Of a stretch of 64,000 bases of DNA, positions 1 through 9,699 are shown one piece after another. The notes below the pieces were generated by a model, which was not told the origin of the DNA, made no database searches, and worked only from the letters and a program-made list of their open reading frames with translations. This DNA is from an uncultured Actinomycetota bacterium. Its GTDB lineage: Bacteria; Actinomycetota; Actinomycetes; Mycobacteriales; CADCTP01. Each line of letters begins with the position of its first letter. The first letter of the stretch is position 1. The position numbers and the translations under genes are program-made. Where the stretch lies: assembly GCA_963785005.1 (NCBI GenBank), contig CAWATS010000014.1, forward strand, positions 170,179 through 234,178. Reading direction: 5' to 3'.

Positions 1-670
1 CGGGCTGGTGCTGCACTGGACGCTGGAGGCGTTCACCCGGCCGGACGCGAAGCCGCGGGTCGGCCAGACCCAGAGCCGCAACCTGATGGGGTTCAAGGAC
101 GGCACCGCCAACCCGGATGCCGCGAACGCGTCCCTGATGGACGATCTGGTGTGGACGTCCACAGCGGACGGCTCGGCCGAGCCCGCCTGGGCGGCCGGCG
201 GGACGTACCAGGCGGTCCGGGTGATCCGGATGTTCGTCGAGCACTGGGACCGGACCTCGCTGGGCGAGCAGGAGTCGATCATGGGCCGGCACAAGGTGTC
301 CGGCGCGCCGCTGGGAGCGGCTGCCGAGACCGACCCGCCGGTCTACGAAGACGACCCGGCCGGCAAGCGGGTCCCGCTGGACGCGCACATCCGGCTCGCC
401 AACCCCCGCACCCCGCAGACGTCCGGAACGCTGCTGCTGCGCCGCGGGTTCAGCTACTCCCGCGGCGTGGACGGGTCGGGTCAGCTGGACCAGGGGCTCG
501 CGTTCATCAGCTACCAGCGGCGGCTCGCGCACTTCCTCGACGCCACCGAGCGGCTCAAGGGCGAGCGGCTGGAGGAGTACATCCAGCCGGAGGGCGGCGG
601 CTTCTTCTTCGTGCTGCCGGCCGTCACCCGCGCCGGCGACTGGCTCGGCCAGTCCCTGCTCGCCGAGTAG
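1..670 (+). CDS. Dyp-type peroxidase (EfeB-like), 5'-partial
   Basis: LMGFKDGTANP (GxxDG) motif, IMGRHKVSGAPL, proximal His in DAHIRLANPR, LLRRGFSY, EYIQPEGGGFFFVLP. Open at the window edge. Confidence 0.92.
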   Translation, partial: GLVLHWTLEAFTRPDAKPRVGQTQSRNLMGFKDGTANPDAANASLMDDLVWTSTADGSAEPAWAAGGTYQAVRVIRMFVEHWDRTSLGEQESIMGRHKVSGAPLGAAAETDPPVYEDDPAGKRVPLDAHIRLANPRTPQTSGTLLLRRGFSYSRGVDGSGQLDQGLAFISYQRRLAHFLDATERLKGERLEEYIQPEGGGFFFVLPAVTRAGDWLGQSLLAE

Positions 671-688
671 ATCCACTACGCTCCGGGC

Positions 689-931
689 GTGAGCGTGAGC
701 CGGGACCCGGAGACCATCCAGCGGGAGATCGAGTCGTCGCGCGCGCAGCTGGCGGCGACCCTCGACCGACTCGCAGAGCGCACCAGCCCGCAACGGCTGG
801 CCGGGGTGGCCCGGGACCGGGCCACCACGTTCGCCGCCTCGCCGCCCGGGATGGCGATCCTCGGCGCGGTGGCGCTGCTGGTCGCGCTGCGCGTCGCCCG
901 CGCCGCCCGCAACCGCCGCAAGCCCGACTGA
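689..931 (+). CDS. DUF3618-like small membrane-anchored protein
   Basis: RDPETIQREIESSRAQLAATLDRL N-terminal helix plus one C-terminal TM segment. TACGCT (677-682) lies 6 nt before the GTG, consistent with a leaderless transcript. Confidence 0.8.
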   Translation: MSVSRDPETIQREIESSRAQLAATLDRLAERTSPQRLAGVARDRATTFAASPPGMAILGAVALLVALRVARAARNRRKPD

Positions 932-1004
932 CCGACCGGCGGTGCCCGGCCGTCCCCGGCCGTCCCGGTTGGCCGGCCGCGGGGCGGCGGGTGAGGATGG
1001 ACGG

Positions 1005-1502
1005 GTGCTCGGCAGGCAGCGGGTCCAGCCCGGCCCCGGCCAGGAATCGGTGTGGGACTACCCGCGGCCGCCGCGGCTGGAGCGATCGCACCGGCACGTC
1101 GTGGTCCGCCTCGGCGGGGAGGTGGTCGCGGAGAGCTCCTCGGCGTGGCGGGTGCTGGAGACCAGCCATCCGCCGGTCTGGTACGTCCCCCGCGCCGACG
1201 TCGCGCCCGGCGCCCTGCTGGCGAGCCGGCGCCGGTCGTACTGCGAGTTCAAGGGCGAGGCCGAGTACTGGACGGTGACCGGCGGCGGCGCGACCCGGCC
1301 GGACGCCGCCTGGTCGTACCCCCGCCCGTCGCCCGGGTTCGAGCCGATGGCGGACGCGGTCGCCTTCTATCCGGCCGGGATGGACGAGTGCGCGGTCGAC
1401 GGCGAGCCGGTGCGCCCGCAGGCCGGCGGCTTCTACGGCGGCTGGATCACCGACGACGTGGTCGGCCCGTTCAAGGGCGAGCCGGGCACCTGGGGTTGGT
1501 GA
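1005..1502 (+). CDS. DUF427 domain protein
   Basis: ESVWDYPRPP, RVLETSHPPVWYVP, SYCEFKGEAEYW, AAWSYPRP, FYGGWIT. The start is uncertain (track gives 942). Confidence 0.88.
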   Translation: MLGRQRVQPGPGQESVWDYPRPPRLERSHRHVVVRLGGEVVAESSSAWRVLETSHPPVWYVPRADVAPGALLASRRRSYCEFKGEAEYWTVTGGGATRPDAAWSYPRPSPGFEPMADAVAFYPAGMDECAVDGEPVRPQAGGFYGGWITDDVVGPFKGEPGTWGW

Positions 1503-1523
1503 TGCCCGCCTGCCCGGCCGCGG

Positions 1524-2471
1524 TCAGCTCGGGTCGGCGGTCACCGCCGACGGCTCGGTGTTGCCGCCGCAGACCACCGCCGCCACCCGCTCGCCCGGCT
1601 CCGGCAGGTAACCGCCGGTCAGCAGCGGCGCGAGCGCCGCCGCCCCGCCGTACTCGGCGAGCACCCGCAGCTCCTCCCACAGCCGGCGCCGGACCCGCGC
1701 CACCGCGTCGTCCGGCACCAGCACCGAGCGCAGCCCCGTCTCCCGGGCCACCGCCCAGCACACGGCACCGATCCGCCGGGCGCCGAGCGAGTCCGCGGCG
1801 ATCCCGCCCACCTCGACGTCCACCGGGCGGCCCGCGGCGAGCGCGGCGTGCAGGGTCGGGCAGCCCTCCGGCTCCACGCCCACCACCCGGGCCCGGCCCG
1901 CCAGCGCCGCCGCGACACCGGCGACCAGCCCACCGCCGCCCACCGCGACCAGCACGGTGTCGACCGGCCCGACCTGCTCGACCAGCTCCAGCGCGAGCGT
2001 CCCGTTCCCGGCCGCGACCTCCGGCTGGTCGTACGCGTGCACCAGCGCGGCGCCGGTCTCCGCGGCCCGCGCCGCCGCCACCGCGGCCGCGTCCGCGTAG
2101 AAGGCGCCGGCCCGGGTGACCGCCGCGCCCAGCCGGCGCAGCCGGTCCAGCTTCACCGCCGGCGTCGATGTCGGCACCACGACCTCCGCGACCAGGTCGA
2201 GCTCGCGGGCCGCGTACGCCACCGCCAGGCCGGCGTTGCCGCCCGACGCGGCGACCACCCGGCTGCCCGGCGGCGGCGCGACCGCGAGCAGCCGGTGCAG
2301 CATGCCGCGGGCCTTGAACGAGCCGGTGTGCTGCAGCAGCTCCAGCTTCAGCGCCACCGGGTGGCCGAAGGGGCGGGCGTCCACCACCACGGCCGGTGTC
2401 CGCCGCACCCGCCAGCCGAGCAGGTCGGCGGCCGCCGCCACGTCGGCCCGCCCGAGCGCGGCGTCGATCAC
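1524..2471 (-). CDS. PLP-dependent serine/threonine dehydratase family protein
   Basis: LKLELLQHTGSFKARG PLP-lysine motif, ASGGNAG, VAVGGGGL, VVCGGN. Start overlaps the upstream stop (GTGA). Confidence 0.92.
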   Translation of the reverse strand: MIDAALGRADVAAAADLLGWRVRRTPAVVVDARPFGHPVALKLELLQHTGSFKARGMLHRLLAVAPPPGSRVVAASGGNAGLAVAYAARELDLVAEVVVPTSTPAVKLDRLRRLGAAVTRAGAFYADAAAVAAARAAETGAALVHAYDQPEVAAGNGTLALELVEQVGPVDTVLVAVGGGGLVAGVAAALAGRARVVGVEPEGCPTLHAALAAGRPVDVEVGGIAADSLGARRIGAVCWAVARETGLRSVLVPDDAVARVRRRLWEELRVLAEYGGAAALAPLLTGGYLPEPGERVAAVVCGGNTEPSAVTADPS

Positions 2472-3889
2472 CGCGGCGGGGAGCCCGGCGGCTCACCCGG
2501 CGGCCCGGTCCAGCGCCGGGTCGGCTCACCCGCGCCGGCGCGGTACGGGTCCTGCTCGGGCGGGCCGGCGCGGTTGGGGTCCTGGTCGGCCGGGCCGGCG
2601 CGGTACGGGTCCTGCTCCGCCGTGCCGGCCCGGTACGGGCCTTGGTCGGCCGGGCCGGCCGGCCGGAAGGACACCGGCTCCCCGGCGTCCGGCCGGAACG
2701 GTGGCTGGCCGCCCGGCGGCGGCGCCTGTCCCGGCCACCAGGGCTCGTCGTCGCGCCGGTAGGCCGGCCGGTCGAAGGTGCCGGTCCCGTAGGGCGTGTA
2801 GGCCTCGGTCGAGTACGGGTCGGGCGCCGGTTCCGGCTCCGCGTCGTCCGCGTCGTCCGCGTCGTCGCCACCCAGCCGCGGAGACCCGGCCGCCTCGACC
2901 AGCCGGCCGACCATCAGGCCGACCACGATCGCGCCGCCCAGCAGCGCCGGCCGGGTCCACGCCTCCGCGTCGACCAGCCCCAGCCACAGCGCCGCGAGCT
3001 GCAGGAAGGCGGCCGCGAGCGCCGTGCCGAACACCCCGCCCCGGCGGCCGTACGCGCTCGTCCCGCCGAGCAGGGCCGCGGCCGCGGCCGCGGCGAGCAG
3101 GGTCACCCCGTCGTCCGGGATCACCGCGCCGGCCCGCAGCGCGAGCAGCAGTCCGGCGCCCGCGGCGAGCACGGTCGAGCCGACCAGCGCCCCGGCGGCG
3201 ACGAAGCCGGCGCGGCTGCCCCGCCCGGCGGCGGGATCCCGGTCCGGGCGGTAGCTGCCGACGGTGTCCCGCACTCCCGGCAGCAGGCCCAGCGCGCCGC
3301 CGCCGACCGACAGCAGCAGCGCGCCGCCGACGATCGGCCAGGCCCATGGGCGCAGGTCCGGCGCACCGGGGACCGGCAGCGACTGGCCGCCGGCGAGGGC
3401 GAGCACCGCCGCATAGAGGCCGAGCGCCGCACCGAGTCCGGCCGCCCACGCGGGCGAGCGGAAGCCGACCACCACGACCGTCAGCGCGAGGCCGAGCGCG
3501 ACCGCCGTACCGAGGGTGAGGAGCGCGCCGGTGAGCAGCGGGTAGTCGCGCTCGGTGACCAGCCACCCGGTCAGCGCGCCGCCGGCGACCGCGGTCGCGC
3601 CGACCGCGAGGTTGGGCACCGCCGCGCGCAGGCTGAGCGCGAACGCCGTGCCGAGCAGCACGCCGACGGCCACCGTGAGCAGCAGGTCACGCAGGCTGTC
3701 GCCGCCGAACGCCGCCGCGTCCTCGGCCCGCACCGCGAGCGCGGCGAGCACCACCGCACCGGCGAGCAGGACCTCCCAGACCAGGTGCACCCAGACCCGG
3801 TCCCGCGGGCGCCGCGTGCCGGCCGTACGCCCGCCCCCGCGCACCCGGTGCTCCGCCGTCGGGACCCGCTCCGGCTCCTCCGGCTCCAT
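2468..3889 (-). CDS. ABC-transporter-permease-like membrane protein with Pro-rich repetitive C-tail
   Basis: Multiple TM helices. PNLAVG and LLGGTSAYGRRGGVFGT resemble RbsC/BPD_transp_2 permease motifs. No ATPase or binding-protein gene adjacent. Confidence 0.75.
   Translation of the reverse strand: MEPEEPERVPTAEHRVRGGGRTAGTRRPRDRVWVHLVWEVLLAGAVVLAALAVRAEDAAAFGGDSLRDLLLTVAVGVLLGTAFALSLRAAVPNLAVGATAVAGGALTGWLVTERDYPLLTGALLTLGTAVALGLALTVVVVGFRSPAWAAGLGAALGLYAAVLALAGGQSLPVPGAPDLRPWAWPIVGGALLLSVGGGALGLLPGVRDTVGSYRPDRDPAAGRGSRAGFVAAGALVGSTVLAAGAGLLLALRAGAVIPDDGVTLLAAAAAAALLGGTSAYGRRGGVFGTALAAAFLQLAALWLGLVDAEAWTRPALLGGAIVVGLMVGRLVEAAGSPRLGGDDADDADDAEPEPAPDPYSTEAYTPYGTGTFDRPAYRRDDEPWWPGQAPPPGGQPPFRPDAGEPVSFRPAGPADQGPYRAGTAEQDPYRAGPADQDPNRAGPPEQDPYRAGAGEPTRRWTGPPGEPPGSPPR
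2534..2653. repeat. 4 x 30-bp in-frame coding tandem repeat
   Basis: Unit GCCGGCGCGGTACGGGTCCTGCTCGGGCGG and variants at 2534, 2564, 2594, 2624. Encodes (D/E)Q(D/G)P(Y/N)RAG(P/T)(A/P) decapeptides. Confidence 0.85.
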
Positions 3890-3895
3890 GGCCGG

Positions 3896-4963
3896 TCACC
3901 GTACCCCGCCACGCGCCGCCGGGTCCGGCGCGCTCAGCCCGGCTCGGCGACGGGATCCTGGCCGGTGCCCGGGACCGCGGCGTCCCGGGCCGCCGGGGCG
4001 GCGCCCGCGGCCGAGACGGCGCCGGCTGCCGGGACGGTGCCGGCTGCCGGACGGTGCCGGCGCCGGACGTGCCGCGGCCGAGACGGTGCCGGCTGCCGAG
4101 GCGGTGCCGGCTGCCGAGGCGGTGCCCGCGGCCGGGGCGGTGCCGGCTGCCGGGACGGTGCCGGCTGCCGGGGCGAGCTCCTGCTCGAGCTCGCCGAGCA
4201 GCTCCCGGGTGACCAGCCCGCGCAGCGTGATGTGCCGGTCCGGGTCGGTGGCGGCCCGCCGGCGCTCGATCCGGACGTCCCGCTCGTCGGTCAGCGACCG
4301 GCCCCAGCGACCGACCGCCGCCAGCACCAGCCGCTCCGGGCTCACCCCCAGCCGGCGGGCGGCGTTGCGCTCGGCGTCGCCGATGCGGGCCAGCGCCCTC
4401 CCCACCTCGGCCGGGCCGCGCACCCCGAACCGGCGGGCGGCGTGCACCAGCGCGTCCGGCGGCGCCGGCCGGCCGGCGGCGGCGCCGCGGGTGGCGGGCA
4501 CGTCCAGCGCCTCCGGCGGCAGCGACCGCAGTGCCTCGCCGTCGTCGCCCAGCACCGCGCGGACCGCCTGCGCCGGCATTCGGGCCGCCGCGGTCAGCTC
4601 GACCTGGTCGGCGGCCGCGCCGACCCCGTCGCCGGCTCGCCGCCCGGCTCCGCCGGCCGGCCGGGCGCCGCCGGCCAGCCAGGCCAGCCGCTGCGAGCCC
4701 CCGTCGGCGAGGGCGCCGGGACCCGCCAGCCCGGCCAGCTCCAGGACGCTGACCCGGTACGCGGCGCAGAGCAGCAGCAGCTCCTCGACGGCGAGCGGCC
4801 GGACACCGGCCTCCACCTGGGACACCGTGCCGCCCTGCCAGCCGGTCAGCCCGTACGAGCGGAGCAGCTCGGCGGCCGCCTCGTCGCCGAGCCCGCGCTC
4901 CCTGCGCACCCGGGCGGCGCCGGCACCGAGCACCTGCCGGAGCGAGCGCGGCCTGTCCGTCAC
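3896..4963 (-). CDS. XRE-family helix-turn-helix regulator with low-complexity tail
   Basis: RVRRERGLG..AAAELLRSYGLTGWQGGTVSQVEAGVRPLAVEELLLL HTH. TAGGCT -10 lies 6 nt before the GTG. The true stop is uncertain because of indels in the repeat tail. Confidence 0.75.
   Translation of the reverse strand: MTDRPRSLRQVLGAGAARVRRERGLGDEAAAELLRSYGLTGWQGGTVSQVEAGVRPLAVEELLLLCAAYRVSVLELAGLAGPGALADGGSQRLAWLAGGARPAGGAGRRAGDGVGAAADQVELTAAARMPAQAVRAVLGDDGEALRSLPPEALDVPATRGAAAGRPAPPDALVHAARRFGVRGPAEVGRALARIGDAERNAARRLGVSPERLVLAAVGRWGRSLTDERDVRIERRRAATDPDRHITLRGLVTRELLGELEQELAPAAGTVPAAGTAPAAGTASAAGTASAAGTVSAAARPAPAPSGSRHRPGSRRRLGRGRRPGGPGRRGPGHRPGSRRRAGLSAPDPAARGGVR
4010..4172. repeat. Degenerate 18-bp tandem repeat (~9 copies)
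   Basis: GGTGCCGGCTGCCGGGAC-like units. Encodes (V/A)(P/S)AAGT on the minus strand. Confidence 0.8.
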
Positions 4964-5050
4964 CCGGGCAGCCTAGCGGCGGGCCCGTCGGCACCGTCTG
5001 CGGATCGCGCGACCGGCAGTCAGCGTCGCGGGGGTCGATCGGCGGGCCGG

Positions 5051-5148
5051 TCGGTCAGCGGGGCGTGTACCGGGCGAGCTCGCGGCGGGCGATGGTCGCT
5101 CGGTCAGCGGGGCGTGTACCGGGCGAGCTCGCGGCGGGCGATGGTCGC
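5051..5148. repeat. Exact 49-bp tandem duplication of the acyl-CoA dehydrogenase 3' end
   Basis: TCGGTCAGCGGGGCGTGTACCGGGCGAGCTCGCGGCGGGCGATGGTCGC at 5051-5099 and 5100-5148. Confidence 0.93.
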
Positions 5149-6318
5149 CTTGTGCACCTCGTCCGGGCCGTCCGCGAGGTGCAGCGTGCGCATCTGCGCG
5201 GCCAGCTGGGCGAGCGGGAAGTCGCCGGAGACCCCGCCGCCGCCGTGTACCTGGATCGCCCGGTCCAGCACCCAGGACGCCATCTCCGGCACCGCGACCT
5301 TGATCGCCGCGATCTCCACCCGGGCGCCCTTGTTGCCGACCGTGTCCATCAGCCAGGCCGCCTTCAGGACCAGCAGCCGGGCCTGCTCGATCCGGATCCG
5401 CGCCTCGGCGATCCAGTCCTGCACCACGCCCTGCTGCGCCACCGCCTTGCCGAAGGCCACCCGGGACACCGCCCGCCGGCAGCTGAGCTCCAGCGCCCGC
5501 TCGGCCACCCCGATCGCCCGCATGCAGTGGTGGATCCGCCCCGGGCCGAGCCGCTCCTGCGCGATCCGGAAGCCCTCGCCCTCGCCGAGCAGCACGTTCG
5601 CGACCGGGACGCGGACATCGGAGAAGGACACCTCGGCGTGGCCGCCGTGCGCCGCGTCGTCGTACCCGAAGACCGTCAGCGGCCGGACGACCGTGACGCC
5701 CTGGGTGTCCCGCGGGACCAGCACCATCGACTGCCGCCGGTACGGGTCGGCGTCCGGGTCGGTCACCCCCATCACGATGAGGATCCGGCACTCCGGCGCC
5801 ATCGCCCCGGTCGACCACCACTTCCGTCCATTGAGGACATACGAGTCGCCGTCGCGCCGGATGGCCAGCTGGATGTTGCGGGCGTCGGAGGAGGCGACGT
5901 CCGGCTCGGTCATGCAGAACGCGGACCGGATCTGCGCGTCCAGCAGCGGCCGCAGCCACCGCTCCTGCTGCTCGGGCGAGCCGAACTGGGCCAGCACCTC
6001 CATGTTGCCGGTGTCCGGGGCGGAGCAGTTGAGCGCCTCCGGCGCGAGGCCGGGGGAGCGGCCGGTGATCTCGGCCAGCGGCGCGTACTGCAGGGTCGAC
6101 AGGCCGGCGCCGTGCTCCGAGTGCGGCAGGAAGAGGTTCCACAGGCCGCGGGAGCGGGCCTCCGCCTGCAGCCGCTTGAGCACCGGCGGCCGGGACCAGT
6201 GCTCGGCCCCCTCTCGGACCGCGTGGTACTCCGCCTCCGCCGGATAGACGTGGCTGTCCATGAAGTCGAGCAGCCGCTTGCGCAGGTCCTCGGTCTCGGC
6301 GTCGAAGGCGAAGTCCAC
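5104..6318 (-). CDS. Acyl-CoA dehydrogenase
   Basis: NCSAPDTGNMEVL, SAFCMTEPDVASSDA, LNGRKWW, RLGPGRIHHCMR, AIQVHGGGG, LADGPDEVH. Confidence 0.96.
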   Translation of the reverse strand: MDFAFDAETEDLRKRLLDFMDSHVYPAEAEYHAVREGAEHWSRPPVLKRLQAEARSRGLWNLFLPHSEHGAGLSTLQYAPLAEITGRSPGLAPEALNCSAPDTGNMEVLAQFGSPEQQERWLRPLLDAQIRSAFCMTEPDVASSDARNIQLAIRRDGDSYVLNGRKWWSTGAMAPECRILIVMGVTDPDADPYRRQSMVLVPRDTQGVTVVRPLTVFGYDDAAHGGHAEVSFSDVRVPVANVLLGEGEGFRIAQERLGPGRIHHCMRAIGVAERALELSCRRAVSRVAFGKAVAQQGVVQDWIAEARIRIEQARLLVLKAAWLMDTVGNKGARVEIAAIKVAVPEMASWVLDRAIQVHGGGGVSGDFPLAQLAAQMRTLHLADGPDEVHKATIARRELARYTPR

Positions 6319-6406
6319 GTCCGGACCCTACTCGGGAGTAGAGGGGTCTTCCGCTGCCTGCCCGTCCGGTGTCAGGATCACTGTCCCTCGATGTGGAGGT
6401 ATCGCG

Positions 6407-7922
6407 ATGACGCGACGGTCCGGCGTGCTCTCGGTGCTTGCCGCCACCCTGCTGCTGCTGACCGGCGCGCCCGCGGTGGCGACCGCGGCGCCCGCCGCTC
6501 CGGTCGCGACCGGCGTACCCGAGGATCCGGCGCCGACAGGCCCGGAGTGCACCACCACGCCCTCGTCCACGCAGCCCGGGTACGCCGTTGCCGACCCGCG
6601 CTGCGAGTTCTCCGGCGCCGCCTACACCGGCGCCCGCTTCACGCCGACGACCGACGCCGCCGGCCGGCCGGTCACCCGCACGTACACCGGCATCGTCCGC
6701 GGCGCCGGCTACCGCATCGAGGTGCCGAAGCGCTGGAACGGCGAGCTGGTCCTGTACGCGCACGGCTACCGCGGGACCGGCACCACGGTCTGGGTCAACA
6801 ACCCGACCCTGCGGGCCTACTACGTGCAGCGCGGCTTCGCCTGGGCGGCGTCGAGCTACGCGACGAACGGCTACGACGTCGGCCAGGGGGTACGCGACAC
6901 GCAGGCGCTGATCGGTCTCTTCCGCGGCACGATCCGCAAGGCCCGGTCGGTCTACCTGACCGGCGAGTCGATGGGCGGGCACGTCACCGCCGTCGCCATC
7001 GAGCGCTACCGGGGCGACTTCGTCGGCGCGATGCCGTACTGCGGGGTGCTCGGCGACAAGGAGCTGTTCGACTACTTCCTGGACGCCAACGTCACGGCGG
7101 CCGCGCTCACCGGGACCGACATCCGCTTCCCGGAGTCGCTGGCGGCTGGGCAGGCGTACGCGCCGACGTACGCCGGACAGGTCCTCGCCGAGCTGCCCGC
7201 GCTGGGGAGCGGCTTCAACTCCGGCAACCCGGCGGCCGTGTCGCTGACCGCGCTGGGCACCGCGTGGGCGGGCACGGTGCAGCAGCGCAGCGGCGGGACG
7301 CGGCCCGGCTTCGCCAGCGCCTTCGCGTTCTGGAGCAGCTTCGGCTATCGCGCCGCTGACGAACGTCCCGTTCCTGTTCGGGGTCTATCCGGGACTGACC
7401 GGCGGCACGATCGGGATCGCCGACGGCAACGTGACCGGCAACCGGCGGACCGTCTACCGGATCGAGGACGGGTACGGGCGGCTCACCCCGGCCGAGCGGG
7501 CGCTGAACCGGTCCGTGCTGCGGGTGACACCGACCACCGCGCCCTCGCGCGGGCTGGCCGGGATCCCGAAGGTCTTCGGCGACCCGCGGATCCCGGTGCT
7601 GTCGCTGCACGACATCGGGGACCTGTTCGTGCCGTTCTCGATGGAGCAGGTGTACGCCGCGCGGGCCTGGTGGCGCGGGCAGTCCCGGCTGTTCGTCTCC
7701 CGGGCGATCCGCGGCGTCGGGCACTGCGACTTCACCCAGGCCGAGCTGCGGGCGGGGTTCTCGGACCTGGTGGCGTGGGTGCGGCACGGCGCCCGGCCGG
7801 CGGGTGACCGGATCCTCGACCCGCGGGTCGTCGCCCGGCCGAGCTTCGGCTGCCGCTTCACCGACCCGACCCCGGGTGCGCACCCCGGATTCGTCGCCGA
7901 GCCAGCCTGTCCCGCCGGCTGA
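6407..7922 (+). CDS. Secreted alpha/beta-hydrolase (phthalyl-amidase/tannase-like), frameshift near 7350
   Basis: GGAGGT RBS before ATG 6407, signal peptide, LVLYAHGYRG, nucleophile elbow GESMGG. C-terminal LHDIGDLFVP...GHCDF lies in a second frame (ORF 7431-7922). Confidence 0.82.
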
Positions 7923-7994
7923 GCCATCCAAAGGCCTGTGGATGAGGATTCACCCTGTGGACGAAGGAGATCAGGGGTTCTCGGACCGATAGCA

Positions 7995-8010
7995 TCGAAC
8001 GCATGTTCGA
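7995..8010. promoter_or_regulatory. LexA (SOS) box overlapping the start of the DUF222/HNH gene
   Basis: TCGAAC-GCAT-GTTCGA, a perfect match to the actinobacterial consensus TCGAAC-N4-GTTCGA. Abuts the -10 hexamer TAGCAT (7990-7995). Confidence 0.9.
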
Positions 8011-9503
8011 CTCGACGGGTCCGGCGCTGGCAGGGGAGCTGGCGGCTGCCGATCCCGGGTCCCTCGAGGACGAGGCGCTGGTCGACGCGATCTGCGGGTG
8101 GGAGCGGCTGGCGTCGTGGGTGGCGGCCGGGCAGCTGGCGGCGATCGCCGAGCTGGCCCGCCGGCGACGGCCGCTGGACCGCGACGGTGCGGACCGGGGC
8201 GGCGGGGTTCGGGGCGGCGGCGACCCGGGGCATCCGGGGCTGCCGGCGGTCAGCGAGTTCGCCGTGGACGAGCTCGCGGCGGCGTTGCGGCTGAGCCGGT
8301 GCGCCGCCGGCACCCGGTTGCTCGTCGCGGTCGAGCTGGCGGAGCGGCTGCCCGAGGCGGCCGCCGCTCTCCGCGCTGGTGAGCTTGATGCCCTCAAGGC
8401 GCGACGGATCGTAGAGGCGACGACACGGCTGCCGGACTCCGCTGCCTCCGCTGTCGAGCGGCGGGTGCTGCCGCGGGCGGGCGAGCAGACCGTGAGCCAG
8501 CTGCGGACCAGCCTGTCGCGGGCGGTCCTGGCGGTCGACCCGGCGGACGCCGAGGTGCGCCACCAGCGGGCTGTGGCGGACCGGCGGGTCTGCATCACCC
8601 CGCAGGAGGACGGGATGGCGGAGCTGTGGGCGCTGCTCCCCGCCGATGGCGCGGCCGCCATCCGCGGCACCCTCGACCTGCTCGCCCGTCGAGGCCCCAG
8701 CAGCGATGGGCGGACCATGGACAACCGCCGCGCCGACGCGCTCGTCCACCTCGCCCTCGACGCCCTCGATCGGACTCGCGTCCCCGCCGCCCCGCGCCGC
8801 GCCGCCAGTTCGGCCGGCGCGGCTGCCGGCTCGCCGGTGCCGGTCGCCGGCGCGGTTCGGCCGGGCTGCCGGCCGGCTGCGGCTCGGCGCGGGCTGCCGG
8901 TTCGGCCGGGCTGCCGGCTCGGCCGGGCTGCCGGTTCGGCGGCGCTGCCGGCTCGTCGGTGCTGCCGGTTCGGCCGGCGCTGCCGGCTCGGCTGGCGCCG
9001 CCGGCGAGGCTCCGCCGAGCACCGGCTGGTCGCCGCGGCCTCGGGCGGACGTGCACGTCACCGTCCCGGCCGGGACCCTGCTCGGGCTCTCCGACGAGCC
9101 GGCGGAGCTGGCCGGCCATGGTCCGATCCCCACCTCGATGGCTCGCCGCCTCGCCGGTGACGGCACCTGGCGCCGGGTCCTCACCGACCCGGCCAGCGGC
9201 GCGATCCTCGACGTCGGCCGGCGCAGCTACGCAGCACCCGCCGCGCTCGCCGAGCATGTGATGGCACGAGACCGGACCTGCCGGTTCCCCGGCTGCCGGC
9301 AGCCCGCCCGGCGCTGCGACCTGGACCACACCGTGCCCTACCCGCACGGACCGACCAGTGACGGCAATCTCGCTGCCCTCTGTCGTCACCACCACCGTCT
9401 CAAGCACCTCGCGGGCTGGCAGGTCGAGCAGCCCGCACCCGGTGTGCTGCTCTGGACCAGCCCGTCGGGTCACCGATACCGCACAGACCCTCCCGCCGCC
9501 TGA
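8003..9503 (+). CDS. DUF222 / HNH endonuclease (REP13E12-like) protein, frameshifted within the repeat linker
   Basis: N-half (ORF 8003-9160): EFAVDELAAALRLS, RRADALV. C-half (ORF to 9503): LAGHGPI, WRRVLTDP, RDRTCRFPGC..CDLDH..NLAALCRHHHRLKH. Confidence 0.9.
8805..9010. repeat. Degenerate 18-bp tandem repeat in the HNH gene linker
   Basis: GCTGCCGGTTCGGCCGGC-like units encoding AAGSAG. Unit-length irregularities account for the frame change. Confidence 0.72.
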
Positions 9504-9525
9504 GCTGCTCCCCGACCCGCCCGGA

Positions 9526-9699
9526 TCATGCCCCGAGCGCCGACTCCAGGGCGGCGCGATGTGCCCCGGTCCAGCCGCGGCGTTCCAGGTGGTCGAGCAG
9601 CGCGTGCACGGGGTCGGCCCGCTCGGCCGCGCGGCGGACGGTGTCGCCGACCCGGTGCACGGCAGTGACGAGGCCGCCGCGGATCGGCTCTCCGGTCAC
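9526..9699 (-). pseudogene. N-terminal fragment of an aminoglycoside-phosphotransferase-like protein
   Basis: EPIRGGLVTAVHRVGDTVRR..PVHALLDHLERRGWTGA matches the N-terminus of actinobacterial APH-like proteins. GTG is coupled to the amidohydrolase stop. Only 57 aa remain. Confidence 0.62.

Noticed and set aside
2396-6247. Very long alternative ORFs (e.g. 1283 aa at 2396-6247, the 21356-25288 frame, the N-terminal extension of 41381-45628)
   Set aside because: Arg/Pro/Gly-rich shadow frames typical of very high GC DNA that overlap well-supported genes. Only short embedded segments are real coding sequence.
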